Below, one piece after another: positions 23,430-34,622 of a stretch of 64,000 nucleotides of DNA (position 1 is the stretch's first letter; every line of letters starts with the position of its first letter). The DNA comes from Hemiscyllium ocellatum (taxonomy: Eukaryota). The translations under genes were made by a program, and so were the position numbers. The notes beneath the pieces were generated by a model that worked only from the letters and a program-made list of their open reading frames with translations, was not told the origin of the DNA and did not search any database. The DNA lies in the NCBI RefSeq assembly GCF_020745735.1, contig NC_083408.1, positions 64,138,484-64,202,483 of the forward strand, read 5' to 3'.

Positions 23430-26400
23430 ATGGATGCAGTGGGACAGCGGCTGGGGCCGGGCTCCGTGCTCTCGGTGCTGGATATGCACACGGGCGGTGA
23501 GCCGCTCCGGATCATCACCGGCGGCTTCCCCCCGCTGCCGGCGGGCGACATCCTCAGCAAGCGGCGCTATGTGCGGGAGCGGCTGGACGGCCTGCGGCGG
23601 AGGCTGATGTTCGAGCCCCGCGGCCACAGGGACATGTACGGCGCGCTGCTGGTGGGCTCCGAGCGGCCGGACGCTCACCTCGGCGTCCTCTTCATGCACA
23701 ACCAGGGCTACAGCACCATGTGCGGGCACGCCGTGCTGGCCCTCGGCCGCTTCGCCCTGGACTACGGCCTGATCAAAGAGCCCAGCTCCCCCGAAACCCA
23801 GGTCAACATCGACTGCCCTTGCGGCCTGGTCCGGGCTTTCGTGCGATACGACAAGGGCAAGAGCGGGAGGGTCCGCTTCCACAGCGTCCCCGCATTCGTA
23901 TTCGCTACAGGTAAGAGAGAGAGGGGCTCAGGAGCCGGGGCTGGAGGTTCAGCACCACCGCCTGTGACTACACAGGCAGCAGGGTTTGCATTGTCCGACA
24001 TTAAAGTGAATTGATTCACCTTTTAGACAAAACGCACCAGTGAACTGGCAATAAAAAGACCACACACTGGGCTGATCCGGCAGTAACTGCTGGAGAAAGG
24101 ACAGGTTTTAATCTTTCAGGTCAATGACCGTCAGAACAGAACACCTTAGACACGGTCACTCCCTCCACAGGTGCAAAGTACTATCTTTCAACATTTTGAC
24201 AAGTTCATCCCAGTTGGCGCTTTTAGCTGCAGGTGCCTGGAAATATATTCAACACATCGTAACATTAAGTGTTTAGATGAGCACTTGCCATTAGACATTG
24301 CCACGAGCGAAGAAAAAGGGGATTAGAATAGTTTGGTGCTGTGTTTTGACCAACACAAGAGATCTCTAAGCCATTAGCCATACTTCTTGCATTTACGGAT
24401 GGCACAATTCAGAGCTATTGTACCTACACATACAAACAACATACAGTACTAGTTTACTCTCCTCTCTTTCAGATGTTACTGTTGATGTACAAGGATTTGG
24501 GAAGATTGCAGTGGATATTGCATATGGAGGTGCTTTTTATGCATTTGTGAGCGCAGATCGTTTTGGTTTAGATGTTTGTTCCTCCAAGACCCAGGATCTT
24601 GTAAATGCAGCAGTATCTGTCACTAATACTGTGAAAACACATGTATGTAAAGGAGCCAAATATTGTTTTGACTAATCAGTATTGCACCTTTTTGTACTCT
24701 GACTGTAAATGCTTTCTGTGCCCTTGTTTTCTGCAGTGGCTAAGAAACTCTGCAAATTTAAGTTGTAAACGCCCCAAATGGAAGTGCAGATCCCTGCTAT
24801 GTCAACTAGTTGTGTGGAACAAATTAAACCATAACATTCTGCACTCCTGACAATAACTGTACTGAAATTAGACCTTACAAACCTAACTGAGCGCCAAAAC
24901 TTTTGATATTAATGAACATAGTCATAAAGATGTACAGCACAGAAACAGACCCTTCAGTCCAACCTGTCCTTGCCAACCAGATATACAAAATTAATCCAGT
25001 CCCATTTTCCAGCACTTGGCTCATATCCCTTCCTATTCATGTACTCATCCAGGTACAATTACAACATTTAAAAGGTATCAGCTCCACCACTTCCTCCAGT
25101 AGCTCAATCCATACACTCAACACCCTTTGCATGAAAAAGTTGCCGCTAGGTCCCTTTAAAATCTTTACACTGTCAGCCTAAACTTATGCCCTCTAGTTCT
25201 GGACTCCCCTACCCCAGGGAAATGACCTTGTCTATTTACCCTATCCATGCCTCTCATGATTTTCTAAATTTCTATAAGGTCACCCCTCAGCCTCTGACGC
25301 TCCAGGGAAAACAACCCCAACCTATTCAGCCTCTCCCTATAGCTCAAATCTTTCAACAATGATGACCTCTTGGTAAATCTTTTCTGAACCCTTCCAAGTT
25401 TCACAACATCCTTTTGATAGAAGAGAGACCAGAATTGCACACAATTTTTCAAAAATGGCCTAATGCCCTGTACATGACCTCCCAACTCCTATACTCGATG
25501 CTCTGACCAATAAAGGAAAGCCAGGCCAAATACCTTCTTCACTGTCCTATCTACCCGAGACTCCACTTTCAAGGGACTGTGAACCTGCACTCCATGCGCT
25601 CTCTGTTTAGCAACACTCCCCAGGACCTTACCATTTAATGTATAGGCTCTGCTCTGATTTGCTTTTCCAAAACACCACCTCACATTTATTTAAATTAAAC
25701 TCTGTCTGCCACATCTTGGGACATTGGCCCATTTGATTAAAATCCTATTGTATTCTGATACAACAGAGAATTGAGAACTTTGCTGAGAACTACACCTCCA
25801 ATTTTAGTGTCATCTGCAAACTTACTAACTATACCTCTTATGTTCACATCCAAATCATTTTATATAATGATGAAAAGCAGTGGATCCAGCACCGATCCTT
25901 GTGGCACACCACACCAGACAGGCCTCCAGTCTGAAAAGCAACCCTCCACCACAACCCTGTCTTTTCCTTCAAGCCAGTTGTGTATCCATATGGCTAGTTC
26001 TCCCTGTTATCCATGTGATCTAACCTTGTTTGAAACCTGCTGTTTATATTCAGCCTTCCCAGATCAGAAAGTTGATGGAAGCTCAACAAGAAGATCTGAC
26101 AGTTGCAGATCCATCACGTGGTTTGGAATTGGCATAACTTCCCAATCTGGCAACCTTGCAAACCTGGGATAATAACCTCAGATTTTGAATCTAGGATTTG
26201 TTAAAATGTTTCCTGAATATCCCTTAAAGCCTTAAAGACAGTATTTACGTATTTTGAAGTGAGTTACGCTATTTGCATCAGGATTAATTTTTTTAGTCTC
26301 CTAATTACTAAAAGTTGAAGCTATAATAGATATAAAAATAAAGTTGATATTATTAACTCAAGGTCAGTATCAGTTCAGAATAGTTTTTCCCAAACTATGC

Positions 26401-29400
26401 TTCTCTGCACTGATCTCCATTTCAGCCTAGTCAGTTGACTATTCTGTGTTCCATTGCATTATTGGTCAGGAGTTTGCATGCAAATTAATTTGCTATTATC
26501 TGACAAACCTGTGCTATCTCTAAAGGTATAGTTCTCTATGATGCCCCTGCATCAGTATTGATGTCTTTCATGTTAATGAAGGAAACCATCTGGAAGTTAA
26601 TTATGACAAGCCTTCACTCTTCCAATTTGGCGTCCAAGTTAACTCTATGACCAATGTACTCTTTCATTTATAATCACATACATTTTGTGGCTAATAAGTG
26701 TGAACTAGTACTGGTTGCCATTACAAGCTGTTGTTCAAACATTACTTCTGTTTCCTACCAAAAATAGATTAATTTCCAGTTAGGTTTAGAATGTTGCTGT
26801 GAGCATCTCTAGAACTCTGGAAGTGCTGTATTAAATCACAAGTTAGAACATACTTGGTGGTTTTGAGATTCAAACAAAACAAAATTCCAAACAAAACCCT
26901 ATAAACTGAAGATGGAGTCTATTGCTGATATGTACTAATTTCAAAATTCAGCAGTTTTATACAAGTTCATTCCATTTCACAACTGACTGGAACACATGTC
27001 CGTCAATAGCATGTAGTAGTCCACCAAATGAAACACTCCTTATACACTAAGCAATACTATTAACAGATTATATCTTTGGCAGGTCAGGTCTGGAGGGAAA
27101 AATCTCTCCACCTTTCGAGAGCTGTATTCTTACTCAGTCTCCAGGGTGTGTGGAGGAGAATTCAAAATTAGGAAATAAGTTACCTAGCATATGATTTTCT
27201 TTATTATTTAAAATATTACAGAGGGCATGTATTTGAATTTGATTACTTCTGATCTAGTAAGCTAACATGTGTAAAAGAGTTTTATACTGTGGGCATTACC
27301 CACCAAATGGTTTGGTCAGAATTTACTCTTGTCCTCTGTGAAGAATATCCAATTTTCTACTGTCACATTGAGTGTTTAACTATTCTCATACCAAATAGTA
27401 GTTTGATTAACGGTTGTCTGTTCAAATTGAGATTCTGAGAAGTAATTATGTTTGAAAATGCTTAACTATTAAAATAGACTTTCAGCTGGTATCTACCAAA
27501 AAAACAAGTATTACAATTGAGCCAAAGGGTTAATATCAAATCTTGCTTTATTTTTGTAACAGGTTAAGTTCCATCACCCTGACAGTGAAGACCTTGCTTT
27601 TCTCTATGGGACTATATTAACTGATGGAAAAGATGCATTTTCTGAAGAGCCAACAGCAAATATCTGTGTTTTTGCAGATGCTCAGGTAGGTAAAATAACT
27701 GAGTAAAACTTATTAAAATAAACATTATGATCTCTAGTCATTTCATTTAACCCAATTGCAAAATTTGAAGTGGAATAAAATCTTTGAATTTCAGTTTTGA
27801 AATTCTCAAACTTGTTTCTTTTTAGGAATATCAATTTACAATTCAAGTTCATTAATCAAATTGAACATGACATTCTTCGTGCAATAAAGGGAAAAGAAAG
27901 TATCTGTCCAAACTTCTTCAAAATATTTTCATTTTTATGTATAAATGGAATTGATAAGCTCAGTTGAAATTTGATAATTTTGAAAATGTCAGATTTTACC
28001 ACATTAAGAACAGCTCCAAGAGAATCCATTATAGGGAACATTTTCACGTGCACTGGAGCAACTCTTGAAAACACAAAGAGCTATGAATAAAATAGAGCTG
28101 CCTACTAATTAGACAATAATTGGAACTTCCACCTCCATCTTTGCAATGTTTTCTATCAACATTGAATACTTTTTAGATTTACAAACTCGAAATAACCTGT
28201 TCATCGTTTCAGCTGAGAAATATCAACCGGTTTAATGGCTGAAATCAAATAAAAAGTTGCGTAGTTCTACTGGACTCTGGCTGCACTCTCATTAGAATGA
28301 TGGTTTAACCCAAGGGTCACCAAACCTCAGGTAAGGGGAGAGATTGAGAAGAAGAATTCTTCATGGTCACCTCAGCCAGTACAGGAATTGAACACATGCT
28401 GTTGGCATCACTGTTTTAAACCAGCTGTCCAATCAGCTGAGCTAACCAATTCCCATTCAAATACAATTCATGCATAAAGAACAGTTCAAACATTTTTTGT
28501 GTAACTTATAGGTTGACAGAAGTCCTTGTGGCTCAGGTGTGACTGCTCGTATTGCACTGCAGTACCACAAAGGATTGATTCCCCTGAATCAAATGAGGAC
28601 ATTTCAGAGTGGTCCAACGAGTTCACTGTTCACAGCAAAAGCTGTAGAGGTAATTGACATATTATCAATATTGTTACTTTTTGAAACCCAATTAGTTATT
28701 TTGGCCCAAGCCATAATGCTTAGCTGCATTTATCTTTTCTGTCAATATCAAGAGCCAATAATCTATACCTACTATGTATGGAAATTACAGAAATATGGTA
28801 TTCACCACAAGTTGTAGAAATTAACTTCGGCTTCAGAAATTAATGTTTATTGGAAATTCCATTTTTAATTGCTCGAGTTTTTCTTGCAATTAATCCTTCT
28901 GATTTTTGAAGTTATTTTAAATATTCCTTAAAGTTTATAGTACCAAATATCAACAGTAAAGTAAGTATACAAATATTACAGAATGATCCAGCTTAAGTAG
29001 CAAACAGAATGCAGTTTCCATCAATGTGGCACCCAAAGATAGTATTGTTCCATTTCCACTGTACAGTGTGCAAACAGGTTAAAAGCTTTCCATTTCATGA
29101 CCAAGAATTGTTATCAGTATTAAGTTATGTAATATTAGTCTAGAGAGAATTCAACCGTCTGTTTTTTTTTAAATTAACTTACAAATTTAATCAGCATTCA
29201 GTCACCATTATACTTAGCTCCACTTTAAAACATGGGTCTGTCTACTCCTCCACTTAAAGATGAGTATCTGTCTAAGTTAATAACTACTATATAGCCCAGA
29301 AATGCATCTGGATTAAAAAAAACAAAATTATCTTTCCGTATCAATTTGTTGTGGATGGTGTGCTTCACTAATGTTCTATCTGCATCATTAAAATAACAGA

Positions 29401-30405
29401 GAAAAGACTTAGAACAAGTTAGAAAGTTCATTTCCTGAAGCTTTTTGTCTTACACTTACCAGAACTAGGTTACAATAAACAGATTGGAATTAAGAGACAC
29501 GTTTTATATGGCACGAGAGAGGCTGGAGATTGTGCCATAATTGACATGGAGATGCAGAAACCAGTTTAACTGTCAATCTTAATTCTCAGACTCGCAGATG
29601 GATTCTTATTGATCAGGGAACTGAATTGGGGGTGCAGCAGAATTTGACTGTTTCCATATCCCCTTTCATTGAAATTGGTTTAATGTATCTACACTCCTTT
29701 TTGATTTTGCCCCTCTCTCCCTTCCCTCACTTTTAGTTTATTGCACAGACCTTGATGGACTTTCCACATTAACATGGTAATTTAACTGGAAAATACAGAT
29801 ATTTAGTAGTGGTGAATAAAGGTGAAAAGTAACACAGGTGATGGGGGAAATAAAAAAAAGTATTGAGAGAAAGCATTTCTGAATAAAAATAGAAGTCCTG
29901 AGGAAAGGGGTTTGGAGATGGATGGTAGAACAATGGGTCAGGGGTTGTTTTCTCTCTTAGTCCACCTCCCGTGAATATATTTTCAAAATCTAAAGATTTA
30001 TAACCAGCATATTCAGATCAGAAACAGAAAGCTACCACTATTTCTTTTTTAAAAATTTTGAATAAATATGGACAAGTAACTATTAAGAAATATTTAAAAA
30101 CTGGTCAAAACCAAAGATTTTTTCATAGTTTCTGCATGATATTAAAAGCTTTGTATATAGCACAGACTTAAGCAACATTTGTCCAGTTATATTTATTTGG
30201 TAGCTTCTGTATATTATGTGCCAACCGTGTGCAATATCATAAAAAAGACTGATAAAAATAGTCTTTTTTCCCTCTACAGGAAACTAAATGTGGTGATTTC
30301 AGAGCTGTTATAGTGGAAGTAGCAGGACAAGCATATTATGCAGGAACAGCAAATTTTTACGTGGAAGATGATGACGATCTGAAAGATGGGTTTCTGCTCC
30401 GCTAA
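23430..30405 (+). CDS. L3HYPDH: L3HYPDH/C14orf149 orthologue (proline racemase superfamily), 345 aa, with a Cys/Cys active site
   Basis: Exons 23430-23910, 24473-24642, 27563-27685, 28512-28649 and 30280-30405 (1038 nt, GT-AG, in frame). Motifs: DMHTGGEPLRI, EPRGHRDMYGA, YSTMCGH, DIAYGGAFY, FLYGTI, QVDRSPCGSGVTAR, DGFLLR*. Lies between JKAMP and GPR135. Confidence 0.96.
24917..26028 (-). mobile_element. CR1 LINE 3' fragment in L3HYPDH intron 2
   Basis: Peptides CVQFWS, RVQKRFT and LRGDLIE, plus a CR1 3' UTR. Confidence 0.9.
28270..28450 (-). mobile_element. Old tRNA-derived SINE in L3HYPDH intron 3
   Basis: Minus strand begins GGTTAGCTCAGCTGATTGG...GTGTTCAATTCC (A- and B-box-like). A related decayed copy lies near 44150-44230. 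Confidence 0.5.
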
Positions 30406-31075
30406 GAAAAACAAATGTTAATTCTTACCTCTCCGTTCTTCCCAAACGCAATTCAGCATTCTTAATCTGAATCTCAATATCTCAAGGGCATTGAATTATT
30501 TTGGTATAATTAAGTTTGTCATGTGTTTAGTAACTGGTTAATCATGAGTTAAATGTACAATGAGTTTAGAACCAGTTATGTATTTCACACTAGAAATGTT
30601 TCATGCTAAGTAAATCTAAAGTGATATTTCAGTCTGAACAAGGTGCTTATTCTATTAATTGTATTTAAGTGCATCATGCAATGAAACTCTATGCAATGTT
30701 AATTGAGACTGTACAGTGTAAGCAGACAAGCATGCTGGTCTGCAAAATATCTCTAATGGCTTTAAATCACAATATACTCATGCTGCTATTGAAATTATTA
30801 ATCTGAACCTCAGAATATGTATTGAAAACATAGACCTGTAAATCACCTGCCTTCTAGTATTGCCACAAACATTTAACTGCTATAACCTGACATTTCAATT
30901 AAATCACTAACATTTAATAATTGTTAACCCAGTATGCATAATTATATTTTACTACTAGATAAATTAGATTTCTGTTTTGTATGATTTTAATTTGATAAGT
31001 CTAAGACTGACAAATCTGCCAAAATTAGTTATAATGTTTAATTTAGTTTTATTTAATTAAGAAGTGTTGGAGAAC

Positions 31076-31081
31076 AATAAA
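31076..31081 (+). promoter_or_regulatory. Candidate L3HYPDH polyadenylation signal
   Basis: AATAAA ~670 nt after the stop codon, followed by a GT/T-rich tract (TTTGGTTTTGCTTTG). Confidence 0.5.
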
Positions 31082-31129
31082 GTACATTGTCCAACTGTAA
31101 TGCATTTGGTTTTGCTTTGCAATAAGGTC

Positions 31130-31437
31130 AGATTAGATTAGACTACTTAGTGTGGAAACAGGCCCTTTGGCCCAACAAGTCCACACCGACCCGCCGAAGC
31201 GCAACCCACCCAGACCCATTCCCCTACATTTACCCCTTCACCTAACACTACGGACAATTTAGCATGGCTAATTCACCTAAGCTACACACTTTTGGATCGT
31301 GGGAGGAAACCGGAGCACCCGGAGGAAACCCACGCAGACACGGAGAATGTGCAAACTCCACACACAGTCACCTGATGCGGGAATTGAACCCGGGTCTCTG
31401 GCGCTGTGAGGCAGTAGTGCTAGCCACCGTGCCGCCC
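31130..31437 (-). mobile_element. HE1-type SINE (well-preserved copy)
   Basis: Body highly similar to 13153-13466, with many CpGs retained. Confidence 0.88.
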
Positions 31438-33629
31438 ACAAGTTACTATAATATTTGACTGTATAAGGGTCCCAAATTTATAAACGTCCACCATATAAAC
31501 ATTTCCTGTACTTACGAGCAGCAACTTTATATTGTCCTACATTGTATTCAGACTTGAATACAAATCAATTTGTGAATGGACTCAAGAACAGAACCATTCA
31601 TAACCCAGAAACTGCCTGGACAATACAAAGCCAGATTTAATTAACCATATAACTTGTCCTGTATTGTCCAGGGTATTGAGCTTCAGCTTCATTTTGAGAT
31701 GCTGTGACAAGTAGAAAAATTATTTCAATGGAGTAAATGGTCAAAGCGGTTGTAATGTTATTCAAAGGCTTTTAATAAATCAAAAGCTCAGTCATAAAGT
31801 TGCTCAATAGAAACCTTGTTGGACATTGAGTAGCTTTATTAACGTCCCATTGGGGGCTATCAGTATATCTATAAACAAGAAAACAATTAACATTAGAATT
31901 TAAAGGTACAACAATGCAAATTGAACACAGAATTTCCCATGGGTTAAATCTTCTGATACTTAAATGTACAAATATCAAGTGATTTACAGGTAAAATTGTC
32001 AACTCGGTGCTGCATAGACCAGTAAGATTACAGGTTTCATACCAGATTAGTCTGTTCTTTATAGTGTCCTTGTTAAATAAAGTGAAAGCATACTGGGCTT
32101 TTTCACAACCCTCCTTTTGATCGTGAGAATATTATTAGTCATGTTTTGAGCAGCCTGGGCTCTAAGCTGTGGAATTTCTTTCAACCCTTTCTACCTTCCA
32201 TCATAAAAGAAAACCTCCTTGTTTAAATGTGCTTTTCATTACCTTTCCTAAATATCTCCTTATGTGGCAAGATGTCAGATTTTTTTTCTGCAACATATCC
32301 AAGACATTATCAATGTTAAAACTGCTATCTAAGTGCAAGCTATAGTTGCTAATAACTACACACCAGTTCATACAGGAGTGTACCTATATATTAAACAGAG
32401 TGAAGATGAGTTTAGTTTCAGCTCTAATGGCCACTGCAGCTTGGTAGTTTACTAGTTCACAAGAAAATATGGCTACTTGATGACGTAGCAAAATGTGACT
32501 ACCTTTGGAGGGAAGGGCAACCAAAAATCAAATCACTCAAGTGTTTGGAGTCTAATAGGAGTAGGTCTGCAGCCCTGTCTGCTGAAGGAAGCTAGCCTCC
32601 ATGTAATTCTTTCTCATGTGCAGTTAGATGCACAAACTCTGAATATGAGGTCACTACATTGAGTGCTATTGTTTGTGAGGCAAAGGATATAGTAAATATA
32701 ACTGCTACACATTGAGCTCATTAATGATACTACAAATTGGCTAAGCATCACGTTTGGCGAGTTTAACGGAAGATGAACTCCCGTATTTTCTCATGCAATT
32801 TTACACTGCTCACCTTATTAATGTGTGCACCACAGCTCTGCAGTGAAAGTACTCATCATTGCTAGGACCTATCAATTCTATACTTAAAGCCCAGTTGTGC
32901 ACCAGGTCAAATGCTCCCACCTAGGAACTTCCCTTCACAGTACACAATGCAAGGAAAATAATTTTTAAAAGGAGCTTTTAACAGCATTTAGATGGAGGCA
33001 TGAATTTCACAAATACACATTCGTAAATGTATTGCTCTTTTACATCATCACCTGTCTAAGTGACAATCATAGTGACTGCAGCCACAAGAATCACTCTCCA
33101 CAGATTACACTCATACTTCTATACCAATTTAGAACCCTGTTGAAAGGAGTGTTACCCAGTGGAATGTCATATCTTATCATTGTTCAACACAGGAGCATTA
33201 CATGCTGGAAAGACTTAAAACAGTTTAAACTCCTGACTTTTCTTGAACAGAAGAATCAAAGAGAAAACAAAGTTGCATCTACTTCCGAGAACCAACAAGG
33301 ATGGATTGCCTTTTCAGCAACATCAAATTTACTGTCAGTGAGTGACCACTGCACTGAGCTCATATCTATTAGAGCAAAATATCAATTAAGTCCTGTCTGG
33401 CTTCTTGTGCCTAGTGCTGTAGCGCTATATCTCACTGAAGGTAATGTTCCTCCTGCACAATGTCTTCATTTCGGAAGATAGATGCTATTCTCCCAGCTGT
33501 TCAGCATCCATGAAATTCCCTCTTTGCCTGCTCCTTTGGCACATGGTTTCAGGGGACCATAGACATACACCTATTAGATCCAAACCATTTTGTGATTCAA
33601 TATTTGGTTGTCCTTCTCCCTTTTCTATC

Positions 33630-34250
33630 TCACAGGCTGAGATTATTGCAGCACTCTCTGTCGAGGATGTACTACAAGGCCCTCCCCCCTTGACTGATCC
33701 AAGCATCGGAACCTGATCTTTGGGAATCCTATTGTATGTTCTACAAGGGTCCTATTGAAAGAATGGATTGAATTGTACCTCCATTCAGCATCAGGCAGAG
33801 GTTATGTAATGGAGTCATCAGCCACATTTGCAGAGGATAGTCCTCATCTCCTAATAACCATACTTATAAAATATACAACCCTGGAAACAAAGCAGGAATG
33901 AGTTCTGAAGGATATAGGCATCATGGAGGCTTCCACAAACGACTTGTATATTATGGGATGCAACCCCTTTCATGAAGTCTACCTTGTGATATGGTACTCT
34001 CAATGTAGTCTTGTGCCCTCAGTACATGGGAGAAGTCGACTTTGTTGGAAAACCCTTTGATGAAAAACTTAATGTAGCTGTCAGCTTGATGATGTTAAGA
34101 ATAGGATGACAACCACTCCTTCAGATCACTCCAGCAGATGACACAGTTAGGTGATAGTGTCCTGGGACATGCTCACGCATGAAGAAATGGCATAGAGGAT
34201 AAAAGACTCTGGGTCTCCTGCACCCTCTTCCACACCCCAAGGGACCTTCA
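33630..34250 (-). mobile_element. Decayed PIF/Harbinger DDE transposase
   Basis: Manual minus-strand translation across frameshifts gives KGVASHNIQVVC / GSLHDAYILQNS / WLLGDEDYPLQMWLMTP / EWRYNSIHSFNRTLVEHTIGFPKIRFRCLD. These match the Harbinger/HARBI1 motifs KGxHSxNVQ, GSxHD, LLGDxGYP..WLMTP and YN..H...R..VE..IG..K.RF.CL. Confidence 0.8.
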
Positions 34251-34291
34251 GCTGAAACCTCTTCAAATGGAGTCTGTTCATAGCCACCAGT

Positions 34292-34622
34292 GATTGTCAT
34301 AGTCATAGAATCCTGACAATATGGAAACAGGCCATTTGGCCCAACAAGTCTACACTGACCCTCCAGAGTAACCCACCCAGATCCATTCCCCTATCCTATA
34401 CTCTACATTTCCCCTGATTAATGCACTAAACCGACACATCCGTGAATGCTATGGCCAGTTCACCTTACCTGCACATATTTGGACTGTGGGTGGAAACCAG
34501 TGCACTCGGAGGAAGCCCACGCAGACATAAGCAGAAGGTGCAAACTCCACACAGTCGCCCAAGGCTGGAATCAAACCCAGGTCCCTGGGGCTGTGAGACA
34601 GTAGCGCTAACCAGAGCCACCC
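34292..34622 (-). mobile_element. HE1-type SINE (diverged)
   Basis: GGAAACAGGCCATTTGGCCCAACAAGTC...GTGCAAACTCCACACAG...GCTAACC. Confidence 0.8.

Noticed and set aside
23310-23882. 190-aa minus-strand ORF and other overlapping ORFs
   Set aside because: Antisense shadows of the very GC-rich L3HYPDH exon 1, where stop codons are scarce.
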